Assembly (NCBI GenBank): GCA_041662665.1
Contig: JBAZSC010000001.1
Span: forward strand, 513,511-577,510
Length of the DNA: 64,000 bases
Reading direction: 5' to 3'
Origin: Patescibacteria group bacterium
Lineage (GTDB): Bacteria > Patescibacteriota > JABMPQ01 > JAQVVF01
Part shown: positions 33,914 to 44,337 of the stretch, piece by piece
How positions within the stretch are numbered: position 1 is the stretch's first letter
Layout of the letters: the number at the start of each line of letters is the position of its first letter
Program-made: the position numbers and the translations under genes
The notes under the pieces: generated by a model
The model's database searches: none
Told to the model about the DNA's origin: nothing
Seen by the model: the letters and a program-made list of their open reading frames with translations, nothing else

Positions 33914-34855
33914 TTAAGAGCTGCGTAATGCCTTTTTAAAATAAGGTATAGTTTTTTTAAGTCCAGAAGTTAAATTAATCGTTGGTTCCCAATCTAAAAC
34001 TTTTTTAGCCAAAGAAATATCAGGTTTTCTTTGCTTTGGGTCATTGATTGGCAAAGGCTCATAAATAAGTTTACTTTTTGATTTTGTCAGTTTTATCACA
34101 AGATTTGCCAATTCAAGCATTGTAAATTCTCCAGGATTGCCAAGATTTATTGGACCAGTAATTTTATCATCAGTTTCCATCATTTCATAAAGTCCATTTA
34201 CTAAATCATCTACATAACAAAATGATCTTGTTTGCTTTCCTTTGCCATAAATAGTTATTGGTTTATTTTGCAAAGCTTGAATAAGAAAATTTGAAACAAC
34301 TCTGCCGTCATTCATAGCTAATCTCGGACCATAAGTATTAAAAATTCTAACAATCTTTATTTTCACTTTATTTTGTCGCCAGTAATCCATAAATAATGTT
34401 TCAGCACATCGTTTTGCTTCATCGTAGCAAGATCTAGGACCGATTGGATTAACATTGCCCCAATAGCTTTCTTTTTGCGGATGGACTTTTGGATCGCCGT
34501 AGACTTCTGAAGTTGAAGTTAACAAAATTTTAATCTTTAACCTTTTTGCTAAACCAAGCATTTGGATCGCACCTAAAACATTTGTTTTAGTTGTCTGAAT
34601 TGGATCCTTTTGATAATGAATCGGTGCTGCAGGCGAGGCAAGATGGTAAATCTGATCAACTTCAATATATAACGGCCAAGTAACATCATGTCTAATGACT
34701 TCAAAATAAGGATTTTTTAACAAATGAATAATATTTTGTTTTTGGCCAGTAAAAAAATTATCAACACATATAACCTCGTTGTCTTTTTTTAACAAGTATT
34801 CACATAAATGTGAACCTATAAACCCCGCACCTCCAGTAACTAAAATTCGTTTCAT
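33914..34855 (-). CDS. uxs: UDP-glucuronate decarboxylase (UDP-xylose synthase)
   Basis: [46 protein letters not shown] motifs. Confidence 0.95.
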   Translation of the reverse strand: MKRILVTGGAGFIGSHLCEYLLKKDNEVICVDNFFTGQKQNIIHLLKNPYFEVIRHDVTWPLYIEVDQIYHLASPAAPIHYQKDPIQTTKTNVLGAIQMLGLAKRLKIKILLTSTSEVYGDPKVHPQKESYWGNVNPIGPRSCYDEAKRCAETLFMDYWRQNKVKIKIVRIFNTYGPRLAMNDGRVVSNFLIQALQNKPITIYGKGKQTRSFCYVDDLVNGLYEMMETDDKITGPINLGNPGEFTMLELANLVIKLTKSKSKLIYEPLPINDPKQRKPDISLAKKVLDWEPTINLTSGLKKTIPYFKKALRSS

Positions 34856-34913
34856 AAAATTTAATTCTAGTTCTCAATTATTAATTCATAGTATATAATA
34901 CTTTCATAACATT

Positions 34914-36230
34914 ATGTCATCATTTTTATATAAAATCAAACAAAATTTAATCGCAAGCTTATTTTTAAAAAATACTGTAATTTTATTTTCAGGAACAATA
35001 ATTGCCAGTGTCTTAAATTATCTTTTTAATTTAATTATTGGTCGCGTATTAACAGTTGATGAATATGGCCAATTAGTCTCTCTCGAAAGTATATTCTTAA
35101 TCGTAACAATGATTGGCGGCGCGATTATTTTAGCAGGAACTAGAAAAGTTGCGGAATATAAAGCTAACAAAAATTTTGCAAAACTTGCTCAATTCAAATC
35201 ATATTTTGAAAAAAAATTCTTGTATTTTGGAATTATTGTTTTCATAATTTTAACGGCATTTTCAGATTTAATTGCTCAATATTTAAAAATTCAAAAAGCC
35301 CCAATTATTATTATGGCTTCATGTCTTATTCTTGCGTATGTGGGTAGTTTTTATATATCTATATTGCAAGGTTTACAAAGATTTAAAGCACTTTCTATTG
35401 TAAATGTTATAGGTACAATTCTTAAGATTATATTGGGCGTTGGATTAGTTTTGCTTGGATTTTCAGTTTCCGGCGCTGTAGTTGGTTATGTTTTTCCTTC
35501 AGTTATTTGTGCAGTGATTATTTATTTGTTATTAAGGGATATAAAACTGAACAAGGCAGATTTTATAAATCTTCAGTCGATAAAAATTAGCACTAAACAA
35601 ATTCAAAGCATTAGCTATTTTTTTATTACATCTCTTTGCTTAACCCTTTTATATAATATTGATTTGATTTTAGTCAAACATTATTTTTCTAATAATGACG
35701 CGGGACTCTATAGCTCTTTAGCAATGCTAGCTAGAATAATTTTTTTCGGAACAGGTATCATTGCATCTGTTCTCTTGCCAATGGCAACTGAAAAATTTGA
35801 ACGCCAAGAAAAACATCAACATTTATTTATTTATGCCTTGTTACTAGTCACAGTTTTGGGAATATTATTAAACATCTTATATTTTATTTTTCCTGAGCAA
35901 ATTATAAAAATGCTATTCGGCGCAAAATACCTACAAAGCAGTAATCTTTTAGGAATAATGAGCGTTGTAATGACTGCATATTCCATTTTAAATCTGATTA
36001 TTACATATTTAATTTCTATTAAAAAATTTATATTTTTACCAATTCTTGCAGCTGGCTCAATTTTGCAAATTATATTTATAATAATTTTTCATGCTTCACT
36101 TTTTCAAGTTATTATGATATGTTTAATTATAAATAGCTTGATCTCGCTTATAAGTTTTATGTTTGTTTATTTTCCTAAAGAAAAGAATAAAAATTATGCC
36201 GAACATCTCAATAGTAGTGCCGGTTTATAA
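34914..36230 (+). CDS. Oligosaccharide flippase (Wzx/MOP family)
   Basis: About 12 TM segments; NYLFNLIIGRVLTVDEYG and NIDLILVKHYF...AGLY motifs. Confidence 0.9.
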   Translation: MSSFLYKIKQNLIASLFLKNTVILFSGTIIASVLNYLFNLIIGRVLTVDEYGQLVSLESIFLIVTMIGGAIILAGTRKVAEYKANKNFAKLAQFKSYFEKKFLYFGIIVFIILTAFSDLIAQYLKIQKAPIIIMASCLILAYVGSFYISILQGLQRFKALSIVNVIGTILKIILGVGLVLLGFSVSGAVVGYVFPSVICAVIIYLLLRDIKLNKADFINLQSIKISTKQIQSISYFFITSLCLTLLYNIDLILVKHYFSNNDAGLYSSLAMLARIIFFGTGIIASVLLPMATEKFERQEKHQHLFIYALLLVTVLGILLNILYFIFPEQIIKMLFGAKYLQSSNLLGIMSVVMTAYSILNLIITYLISIKKFIFLPILAAGSILQIIFIIIFHASLFQVIMICLIINSLISLISFMFVYFPKEKNKNYAEHLNSSAGL

Positions 36231-37125
36231 CGAATCAAAAAATTTAGATTTTTTTTGCAGAGAGATCAATTCAGTTTTGAATAAAATACCAAATTTGACT
36301 TATGAAATAATTTTTGTCAACGATGGGAGCAAAGATAACAGTCGAAACGTTCTTAAAAATTTAGCGAATCAAAATAACAAAATTAAATATCTTGATTTTA
36401 CAAAAAACTTCGGCAAAGAAATTGCAACAACGGCGGGCTTGAATTTTTGCCAAGGCGAAGCAGCAATTACGATTGATGCCGACTTGCAACATCCACTTTA
36501 TTTAATTCCAAAATTTATAAAGTATTGGCAGAAAGGGCATAAAGTCGTTATCGGTGTCAGAAATAAAAGCAAAAGTGATAAGACTACCAAAAAAATTGGT
36601 TCCTGGATGTTCTATAAAATAATAAATAATATTTCTGAAACAAAAATGGTTCAAGGATCAACAGATTATCGGCTTTTGGATCGCCAAGTTATTGATGAAT
36701 TTAATAAACTTAAAGAAAAAAATAGAATAACACGTGGTCTAATCGATTGGCTCGGTTTTGATAAGAAATATATATATTTTGATGCACAAGACAGAAAAGA
36801 AGGAAAACCAGGTTACAGTTTTTTAAAATTAGTTAGGCTCGCTTTTTCTTCTTTTGTATCAATGAGCCTTTTTCCTTTAAAACTTGCTGGCTACTTAGGA
36901 ATATTTATTATGATTGGTTCAGGAATTTTCGGAATTTATATGTTTTTCACAAACTATATTTTAGGGATGAAAAATTTTTCAGGGCCAGCAATTTTAGCAA
37001 TTATAAATTTATTTTTAATTGGCATTGTTCTAAGTTGCTTAGGCTTAATTGCCTTGTATATCGCTAACATCAATTTTCAGGTTATTAATCGGCCATTATA
37101 CATTATAAATAGTAAAAAGTTATAA
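36196..37125 (+). CDS. Glycosyltransferase family 2 (GtrB/polyprenol-phosphate glycosyltransferase-like)
   Basis: SIVVPVYNE, VNDGSKD, NFGKEIA, DADLQHP, two C-terminal TMs; start revised to ATG 36196. Confidence 0.92.
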   Translation: MPNISIVVPVYNESKNLDFFCREINSVLNKIPNLTYEIIFVNDGSKDNSRNVLKNLANQNNKIKYLDFTKNFGKEIATTAGLNFCQGEAAITIDADLQHPLYLIPKFIKYWQKGHKVVIGVRNKSKSDKTTKKIGSWMFYKIINNISETKMVQGSTDYRLLDRQVIDEFNKLKEKNRITRGLIDWLGFDKKYIYFDAQDRKEGKPGYSFLKLVRLAFSSFVSMSLFPLKLAGYLGIFIMIGSGIFGIYMFFTNYILGMKNFSGPAILAIINLFLIGIVLSCLGLIALYIANINFQVINRPLYIINSKKL

Positions 37126-37178
37126 AGTTTTAAAGTCCATAAAGTACTTTATAACTTTTTATTTTATAACTTTATAAC
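37114..37178. repeat. 8-9-mer (AAAGTTAT) tandem-repeat hairpin
   Basis: AAAGTTATAAAGTTTTAAAGTCCATAAAGT-ACTTTATAACTTT...ATAACTTTATAAC, ending at the TTG start of the next gene. Confidence 0.7.
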
Positions 37179-37181
37179 TGT

Positions 37182-38156
37182 TTGAAATACACGTTTGTCA
37201 TTCCAGTCAAGGAAATTAATGATTATATAAGAGAAACCATTCCCAATATTTTAGAAATTAAGCGAGATGATTTTGAAATAATTATTTATCCAAACGAAAT
37301 TAATTCAGAACATTGGCCAAAAACAAAGCAAATTTCTACAGGTCCAGGCGGACCAGCAATGAAAAGAAATCTAGCAATCAGAGATGCAAAAGGTGAAATA
37401 TTGATTTTCGTTGACGATGATGCTTTTCCTAAAAATAATTTGTTGGAAATCCTTGATCAAGATTTTAACGATAAAAATATTATTGCTGTTGGCGGTCCAG
37501 CTTTAACACCTAAAGAAGACAATTTTTGGCAAAAGGTTTCGGGTGCAGTTTTTTTAAGTAATTTTTCTGGCGGTTTTCCAGAACGTTATGTTCAAGTTGG
37601 CCAAAAAAGATTTATCAATGATTGGCCAAGTGTCAATTTATCAATCAGAAAAAACAATTTTCAAAAAGTCAAAGGTTTCAATTCGGAATATTGGCCAGGT
37701 GAAGATACTAAGTTATGTATTGACCTATTAAAAGAAAATAAAGGCAAAATAATTTACGATCCAGAATTAATTGTTTATCATCATCGCCGTCAAGGTTTGT
37801 TAGAGCACTTAAAACAAGTTGGCAATTATGGAATTCATCGCGGTTTTTTCGCCAAGAAATATCCAGAGACTTCTTTAAAATTAAAGTACTTTGTTCCAAG
37901 CTTCTTTTTATTATTTATTATTTTGGGAGCTATATCTAGTATCTTTTCAAGCATAATCCTTCGTCTCTACATTTTAGGCTGGATAATTTATGCGCTTTCT
38001 TATATCAAGATTTTCTTCGACATTCACAAATACGAAAAGAATATCCTAATAATTTTTAATACTTTTTACTACATTTTTTTAACACACATCTGGTATGGAA
38101 CAAGATTTTTACAAGGATTTATTTTTACTAAAAATTTAAAAAGCAAATACCGATGA
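37182..38156 (+). CDS. Glycosyltransferase family 2
   Basis: KRNLAI...FVDDDA, GEDTKLC, HHRR motifs; C-terminal TMs; TTG start. Confidence 0.9.
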   Translation: MKYTFVIPVKEINDYIRETIPNILEIKRDDFEIIIYPNEINSEHWPKTKQISTGPGGPAMKRNLAIRDAKGEILIFVDDDAFPKNNLLEILDQDFNDKNIIAVGGPALTPKEDNFWQKVSGAVFLSNFSGGFPERYVQVGQKRFINDWPSVNLSIRKNNFQKVKGFNSEYWPGEDTKLCIDLLKENKGKIIYDPELIVYHHRRQGLLEHLKQVGNYGIHRGFFAKKYPETSLKLKYFVPSFFLLFIILGAISSIFSSIILRLYILGWIIYALSYIKIFFDIHKYEKNILIIFNTFYYIFLTHIWYGTRFLQGFIFTKNLKSKYR

Positions 38157-39607
38157 AAATATCAATTTCGTATCCGCCAATGCAATCAAAAAAAGGCACG
38201 CCTTTATTATCACAAAATCGTCAATTCCAATGGTTTAATTCGCCAACCTATATTTTTCCAGTTATTCCAGCTTATGCTGCAACTTTATTATCAAAAAATG
38301 GTTATCAAGTTTTTTGGCATGATGGCATTGCCAAAGAGCAGACCTATCAAGAATGGCTTGCCGATATTATTAACACAAAGCCAGATATTCTAGTTATTGA
38401 ATCAAAAACCCCAGTCATAAAAAAGCATTGGAAAATTATTGATGAATTAAAGGCAAAAAACAAAGAATTAAAAATTGTTCTAATGGGTGATCATGTGACA
38501 GCAATGCCAGAAGAATCATTGAAAAATTCAAAAGCTGATTATATTTTAACAGGCGGAGATTTTGATTTTCTTTTGCTCAATCTAGCAAATCATTTAAGCA
38601 AAGGCGAAAAACTTGAGGGTGGAATTTGGTTTAGAGAAAATGGAGCATTGAAAAATTCAGGTCCAATTGATTTATTAAAACATGATTTAAATTCCTTGCC
38701 AATGGTTGATAGAGAATTAGTTAATTGGCAATTATATGCCTACAAAAATGGCAATTTTAAACATACTCCAGGCACATACATGATGTCAGGACGTGATTGT
38801 TGGTGGGGAAGATGTTCATTTTGTTCTTGGACAACATTATTCCCAGGCCAGCATTTCCGTACTCGATCTGCAAAACAAGCTTTGGATGAAATAGGTCATT
38901 TGATCGATTTAGGTGTTAAAGAAATAATGGAAGATTCAGGTAGTTTACCAATAGGAGATTGGCTACTAGAATTTTGTAATGGCATGATTGAAAGAGGTTA
39001 CAACAAAAAAGTTACCATGAGTTGCAATATGAGGATTAGCGGCATCAAGGATCCAAAAATTTGGCAATTAATGAAGCAAGCTGGTTTTCGTTTTGTATTA
39101 TTTGGTCTAGAATCAGCAAACCAAAAAACACTAGATAAAATTAATAAAAATCTTAAAGTTGAAGAAATTGAATATGGTTTAAAAATTTGTAAAGAAGCAG
39201 GCTTAGAACCGCATATCACTGCAATGATTGGTTATCCTTGGGAAACAAAAGAAGATGCTCAAAGAACTGTTTGTCTTGCCAAAGATTTATTTAAAAAAGG
39301 TTATGTTGATACTTTGCAGGCAACTGTTTTAATTCCTTATCCAGGTACACCATTATATAAGTATTGCTTAGAAAATAATTTATTGAATTTTACAGATTAT
39401 GATCGTTTTGATCAACGAGAACAAGTAATGAAGAGTGTTTTAACTACAGAAGATGTTAAAGAGTTGACTTCAGGATTATATAAAGCTTTTATGACGCCAA
39501 AATTTATCTTGAAAAAAATCAGCCAGACTAGAAATATGAATGATCTTAAATTTTTGTGGAAAGCAGGAACAAAAGTTTTAGGACATCTAATGGATTTTAA
39601 AAGCTAA
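38153..39607 (+). CDS. B12-binding-domain radical SAM protein
   Basis: N-terminal cobalamin-binding-like domain; RDCWWGRCSFC cluster motif; FGLESANQ, MIGYPWET, PYPGTPLY. Confidence 0.9.
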   Translation: MKISISYPPMQSKKGTPLLSQNRQFQWFNSPTYIFPVIPAYAATLLSKNGYQVFWHDGIAKEQTYQEWLADIINTKPDILVIESKTPVIKKHWKIIDELKAKNKELKIVLMGDHVTAMPEESLKNSKADYILTGGDFDFLLLNLANHLSKGEKLEGGIWFRENGALKNSGPIDLLKHDLNSLPMVDRELVNWQLYAYKNGNFKHTPGTYMMSGRDCWWGRCSFCSWTTLFPGQHFRTRSAKQALDEIGHLIDLGVKEIMEDSGSLPIGDWLLEFCNGMIERGYNKKVTMSCNMRISGIKDPKIWQLMKQAGFRFVLFGLESANQKTLDKINKNLKVEEIEYGLKICKEAGLEPHITAMIGYPWETKEDAQRTVCLAKDLFKKGYVDTLQATVLIPYPGTPLYKYCLENNLLNFTDYDRFDQREQVMKSVLTTEDVKELTSGLYKAFMTPKFILKKISQTRNMNDLKFLWKAGTKVLGHLMDFKS

Positions 39608-39622
39608 TTTTACTGACTATCC

Positions 39623-40495
39623 ATGACAATCCCTTTAATATCAGTAATTATAACGACAAAAAATGAAGAAGATAATATTAGATATTGCCTAAAATCAATA
39701 AAACAGCAAACATATCCGAAAGAATTTATTGAAATGATTGTTATAGATAATAATTCTACGGATAAGACAAAAGAAATTGCCAAGCAATATACAAAGCTAG
39801 TTTTCAATTTTGGTCCAGAAAGATCGGCTCAAAGAAATTATGGAATTAATAAATGTCATGGAGAATATTTTTTACAACTCGATGCTGATCAATCACTAGA
39901 CAAAAACGTAATTGAAGAATGTGTAAAAAAAATTGTCAATTTCAAAGATAATGATAAGTCAAACAATTATTTCGCAGATATCGCTTTACAGGTACCAGAA
40001 AATATTGTCGGAAGTAAAAATTACTTTAATAGAATAAGAAATTATGAAAAAGTATTTTATACAAATTCAGTAATCGATTGTGTAAGATTTATTCCGACAA
40101 AAATAATAAAAGATATTGGAGGATATGATTGTTCTCTTAACGGACCAGAAGATTGGGATTTGGATCAGCGCATTAGGGAAAAATGTTACATTGATATTAT
40201 TGATAGCCATATGGATCATAATGAAGGGAATGTAACTTTTTTAAAATTCTTGGAAAAAAAATGGTACTATTCAAAATCCTTCGGAAAATATATAAGTAAA
40301 TGGGGAAAAAATAATAGATATGTTAAACTAAGGCTTGGTTTTTTTTACAGATACATAGGAGTTTTTGTAGAGAATAAAAAATACAAAAATGTCTTAATTC
40401 ACCCAATGTTATTCGCAAGCCTGATTGGCACTAAATTAATACTAGGCGGAGTATTTCTTGGCCGAACATTCGCTGATAAATTCAAAACAAGATGA
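39623..40495 (+). CDS. Glycosyltransferase family 2
   Basis: SVIITTKNEE, DNNSTD, GPERSAQRNYG, LDAD, EDWD; paralogue of 43474. Confidence 0.92.
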   Translation: MTIPLISVIITTKNEEDNIRYCLKSIKQQTYPKEFIEMIVIDNNSTDKTKEIAKQYTKLVFNFGPERSAQRNYGINKCHGEYFLQLDADQSLDKNVIEECVKKIVNFKDNDKSNNYFADIALQVPENIVGSKNYFNRIRNYEKVFYTNSVIDCVRFIPTKIIKDIGGYDCSLNGPEDWDLDQRIREKCYIDIIDSHMDHNEGNVTFLKFLEKKWYYSKSFGKYISKWGKNNRYVKLRLGFFYRYIGVFVENKKYKNVLIHPMLFASLIGTKLILGGVFLGRTFADKFKTR

Positions 40496-41355
40496 ACAAA
40501 ATTTTTTTGACAGGCTCAACAGGTTTTATAGGCAAAAAATTATTAGATAAAATTTCTAAAAACAAAGATAACTATATTATTTGTTTAATCAGAAATGAGA
40601 ATAAAGCAAAGAAAAAGCTATCAAATATCAAATATATAGAAGGCGATTTAAATCCTAGCAAATACTTCAGTCTTTTATCAAATTGTAATTATATAATTCA
40701 CTTAGCAGCTGAACTAGATTCCAAAAATGAAGACATTTTCAGAGTTAACGTTGATTTTACCGAAGCTTTAATAAGTGCTTGTAATAAAAATATTAAAAAG
40801 TTTATTTTTTTTAGTTCTATTACTGCGAAACGGAATGATACGGTTGCATACTCTGAATCAAAGAAAAGAGCCGAAGAAAAAATAAAAAAATATAATAAGC
40901 CTTATCTAATTATTCGTCCTGCCTGGGTCTTGGGAAAAGATTCGCGAAGTACAAAAAAATTTATCAGCTATCTCAAAAAATTTCCAATTCTACCAATAAT
41001 AGGAAACGGAAAAACTTTACTGCAACCTATATATATTGACGATTTAATAGAAATTACAAACACTCTCAGCTTCAATAATTTTGAAACCAACAAAAGTATA
41101 GAAATTGCTGGAAAATATCCAGTTGCTTATGAAGAATTTATTAATTATTTTCTTAAGAGAATGGCAATAAATAAAAGTAAAATTCATTTACCAATATCTA
41201 TTTGCAAACAAATCGCAAAACATTCGAATCTTCTTTCTCTGGATGCAGTCAGCGATTTTGCAAATAATACCATCGCTGATATCTCTTATCTTAAAAAAGC
41301 ATATAATTTTACTCCTTTAGACTATAAAGAAATTATCAATAAAATAGTAGAATAA
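40492..41355 (+). CDS. NAD-dependent epimerase/dehydratase (SDR)
   Basis: TGSTGFIG, HLAA, YSESK motifs. Confidence 0.88.
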   Translation: MNKIFLTGSTGFIGKKLLDKISKNKDNYIICLIRNENKAKKKLSNIKYIEGDLNPSKYFSLLSNCNYIIHLAAELDSKNEDIFRVNVDFTEALISACNKNIKKFIFFSSITAKRNDTVAYSESKKRAEEKIKKYNKPYLIIRPAWVLGKDSRSTKKFISYLKKFPILPIIGNGKTLLQPIYIDDLIEITNTLSFNNFETNKSIEIAGKYPVAYEEFINYFLKRMAINKSKIHLPISICKQIAKHSNLLSLDAVSDFANNTIADISYLKKAYNFTPLDYKEIINKIVE

Positions 41356-41360
41356 TCTTA

Positions 41361-42368
41361 ATGAAAAAATTAAATATTTCAATAATCGGAACAGGTGCAA
41401 TTGCAGAAAGTGCTCACTTGCCAAGTCTATTAAGTATTCCCCAAACGAATATCGTTAGTATTTGCGATTTAAAAAAAGATAAATTAGAAAAAATCGGACA
41501 TCAGTTTAATATTAGCAAAAAAGAAACTGATTACCACAGAGTACTCAACGATCCATCAGTTGAAGCTGTAATTGTTTCCACAAATGCACCAATGCATGAA
41601 AAAATCGTTTTAGATAGCCTAAAATCAGGAAAACATGTTTTTGTCGAGAAGCCGATTACAACTTCAATTGAAGCAGCAGAAAAAATTTTAAAACTACAGA
41701 ATGAGACAAATCTTTCCATTATGGTTGGCTATCAACTTCGTTTTATGCCGAACCATATTAAAGTGCGTGAATATCTAAAACAAGATATAGTGGGAAAAAT
41801 TTATCTTGGACACATTAGATCTGAAACATTAGTAATAAAACCAGAAGAAACATTATTAATAGATTATGGAACGCATTTTTTTGATTTAATAAGATGGTAT
41901 TTTGAAGGAAAGAAAATAGAATCAGTATCTGGCACAGTTATTTACGATAATGAAATTCAAGTAGGTGCAACTACCACTATTGTATTTGAAGATAATATAC
42001 AGACAATAGTTGAAATCTATTGGGTGCCAAAATGGAATTGGAGTAATGTTAATCGGACAGCTGAATTTATAGGTGAAAAGGGAAAAATATCTACACAAAT
42101 GAGCATACCTGCTATAAAACTGTGGAGATGTGATTCATTCAGAGATAAAATATTAGGTGAAAAAAACTTTACTCCTAAAGAGGTTTCTAATGTGTACATG
42201 TCAGCAGGAGATATCGCTTATAGAAAACAACTTGAAGTATTTGTTGATTGCATCTTGAATAATAAACCTGTACCGACGAATGCTTATGACGGTCTTATTG
42301 CTCTGAAAATTGCTCAGGCCTCTTTGCAATCACATCAAGAAAAAAAAGTAATAACAAATATTGAATGA
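41361..42368 (+). CDS. Gfo/Idh/MocA family oxidoreductase
   Basis: IGTGAIA, GKHVFVEKP, MVGYQLRF, DYGTHFFD motifs. Confidence 0.92.
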   Translation: MKKLNISIIGTGAIAESAHLPSLLSIPQTNIVSICDLKKDKLEKIGHQFNISKKETDYHRVLNDPSVEAVIVSTNAPMHEKIVLDSLKSGKHVFVEKPITTSIEAAEKILKLQNETNLSIMVGYQLRFMPNHIKVREYLKQDIVGKIYLGHIRSETLVIKPEETLLIDYGTHFFDLIRWYFEGKKIESVSGTVIYDNEIQVGATTTIVFEDNIQTIVEIYWVPKWNWSNVNRTAEFIGEKGKISTQMSIPAIKLWRCDSFRDKILGEKNFTPKEVSNVYMSAGDIAYRKQLEVFVDCILNNKPVPTNAYDGLIALKIAQASLQSHQEKKVITNIE

Positions 42369-43447
42369 AAAATCAGGTTTCAATAATTGACGGTAAAATA
42401 GATTTTGGAAGAATTATTCCAAAATATTTTGATTCAACTAAAATCAAAGATTCAACAATATTAATCAAAATTGATACGTACTCTGGATTAAAATCACAAC
42501 AATCAGGAACTACAACAAATATCAAATTAGTTGAAAGTTTGATTCAATCACTTAATGTCTTTAGCCCCAAAAAAATATTAATTGCGGATTCCGAAAATAA
42601 AGATGATCTGAACTTAATTTTTGATACAATCGGTTATTCAGAATTAACTTTAAAATATCAAAATGTTGAATTGCTAAATCTAAGTCATGGCAGAACAGTT
42701 AGTTATATCGGAGAAAAAGATTATAAAATTCGTAATCAAGAATTTTCTGAAAAACTAAATTTTATTGATTTTTTCATAATTTTCTCAAATCTAAAAAGTC
42801 ATGTTGCAGAAAAAATTTCTGGATGTTGGCTTAGCCAATTAAATTATCTAGCAAATAATGAACAAAAAATTGTTTTACAGCCTTTCTCATTTTATATCGC
42901 TTATGATTTGTACAGATTTTTTAAGCCAAGTCTTTGTATTCTAGATGCTACGACTATTCTAGGTACTATGGGTCCTGTTGAAGGTCAGCCAAGAAAAATG
43001 AACAAGATCATAATTGGCAATAATCCTTGTCTTACTGACATTTGCGCTGCTAGATTATTAAAATTAGACTATAAAACTATTCCAACACTAAAATATGCAG
43101 TTAAAAAGCTAAAACTCAAGAAAATAGTTGAAAAGATCACTGGTCAAATTCAGCCAATAAATATTGATTTTCAGAAACTCTCAAGTTTACATTTTTTCAT
43201 TTTTAAATTTTCTTATTTTATTAATCGTTTATCAATTTATCTAAATAATTTCGCTTATCTAATTTTTTTAGGAGGAATGGCGCTAATTTCTATTGGTGGA
43301 AAAGATCTTGTCACGGGCAGATGGATGTCAATAAATAATTATTTTAAAATCGCAAAAGAAGTAATTACAAAAATTAATAAAGCTGATAACCTATTGAATT
43401 TAAAAATAACAATTAATAATCACGTTAAAGAACAAAGTATTTCATAG
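42365..43447 (+). CDS. DUF362-like protein (divergent)
   Basis: GTTT..LVE, IADS, LKSH, ILDA...GPVEGQP...IIGNNP..D motif series. Confidence 0.65.
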   Translation: MKNQVSIIDGKIDFGRIIPKYFDSTKIKDSTILIKIDTYSGLKSQQSGTTTNIKLVESLIQSLNVFSPKKILIADSENKDDLNLIFDTIGYSELTLKYQNVELLNLSHGRTVSYIGEKDYKIRNQEFSEKLNFIDFFIIFSNLKSHVAEKISGCWLSQLNYLANNEQKIVLQPFSFYIAYDLYRFFKPSLCILDATTILGTMGPVEGQPRKMNKIIIGNNPCLTDICAARLLKLDYKTIPTLKYAVKKLKLKKIVEKITGQIQPINIDFQKLSSLHFFIFKFSYFINRLSIYLNNFAYLIFLGGMALISIGGKDLVTGRWMSINNYFKIAKEVITKINKADNLLNLKITINNHVKEQSIS

Positions 43448-43473
43448 CTATTTTATTTACTGAAAAAGTTAAA

Positions 43474-44337
43474 ATGTCTGAATTAAATATTCCATTGGTT
43501 TCAATAATTATTGCAACCAAGAATGAGGAAAAAAATATTAAAAATTGCTTAAGATCTATCAAAAAACAAACTCTATCAAAAAATAAAATAGAGATTATTG
43601 TTGTTGACAATAATTCAATTGATAAAACGAAAAAAATAGCCAAACAATTTACCAATATTGTTCTAAATTATGGTCCTGAAAGATCAGCACAAAGAAATTT
43701 TGGCGTTTTACATGCTAAGGCAAACTGGATTCTATATCTCGATGCTGATATGATTTTATCAAATCACGTTTTAGACGAATGCTTAACAATGGTTCGAAGA
43801 AATAAAAAGCTCATTGGATTATATATTCCTGAAATTATTATAGGTAAAAGTTTTTTAAGTAAAATAAGGCAATTTGAAAGAAGTTTTTATAATGCAACTG
43901 CCATAGATGCTGTTCGTTTTATAAAAAAAGATATTTTTCTAAGCGTAAAAGGTTTTGACGAATCGTTAAATAGTGCTGAAGACTGGGATCTTGATAAGAG
44001 GTTGAAAGAACATGGAACTGTCGGAATAATTGACAATCCTCTTTTTCACAACGAAAAAGAGCTATCTTTAAGTAGATATTTATCAAAAAAGGTTTATTAC
44101 ACTAAAAGTTTTGAAAAATACATATCTAAATGGGGCTCTAGTGACAAAGATATCAGAAAACAACTCGGTTTTTATTATCGGTTTTTAGGCGTTCATTTTG
44201 AAAATAGTAAATGGAAAAAAGTTATTTCACATCCAATCCTTAGTTTAGGCGTATATTATTTACATTTTAGAAAAGGATTGATTTATCTATCTCAAAAAAA
44301 TCAATGGAAAAAGAATCCTTCAAAAATAAAGAATTAA
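43474..44337 (+). CDS. Glycosyltransferase family 2
   Basis: SIIIATKNEE, GPERSAQRNFG, LDADM, EDWD motifs. Confidence 0.92.
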   Translation: MSELNIPLVSIIIATKNEEKNIKNCLRSIKKQTLSKNKIEIIVVDNNSIDKTKKIAKQFTNIVLNYGPERSAQRNFGVLHAKANWILYLDADMILSNHVLDECLTMVRRNKKLIGLYIPEIIIGKSFLSKIRQFERSFYNATAIDAVRFIKKDIFLSVKGFDESLNSAEDWDLDKRLKEHGTVGIIDNPLFHNEKELSLSRYLSKKVYYTKSFEKYISKWGSSDKDIRKQLGFYYRFLGVHFENSKWKKVISHPILSLGVYYLHFRKGLIYLSQKNQWKKNPSKIKN

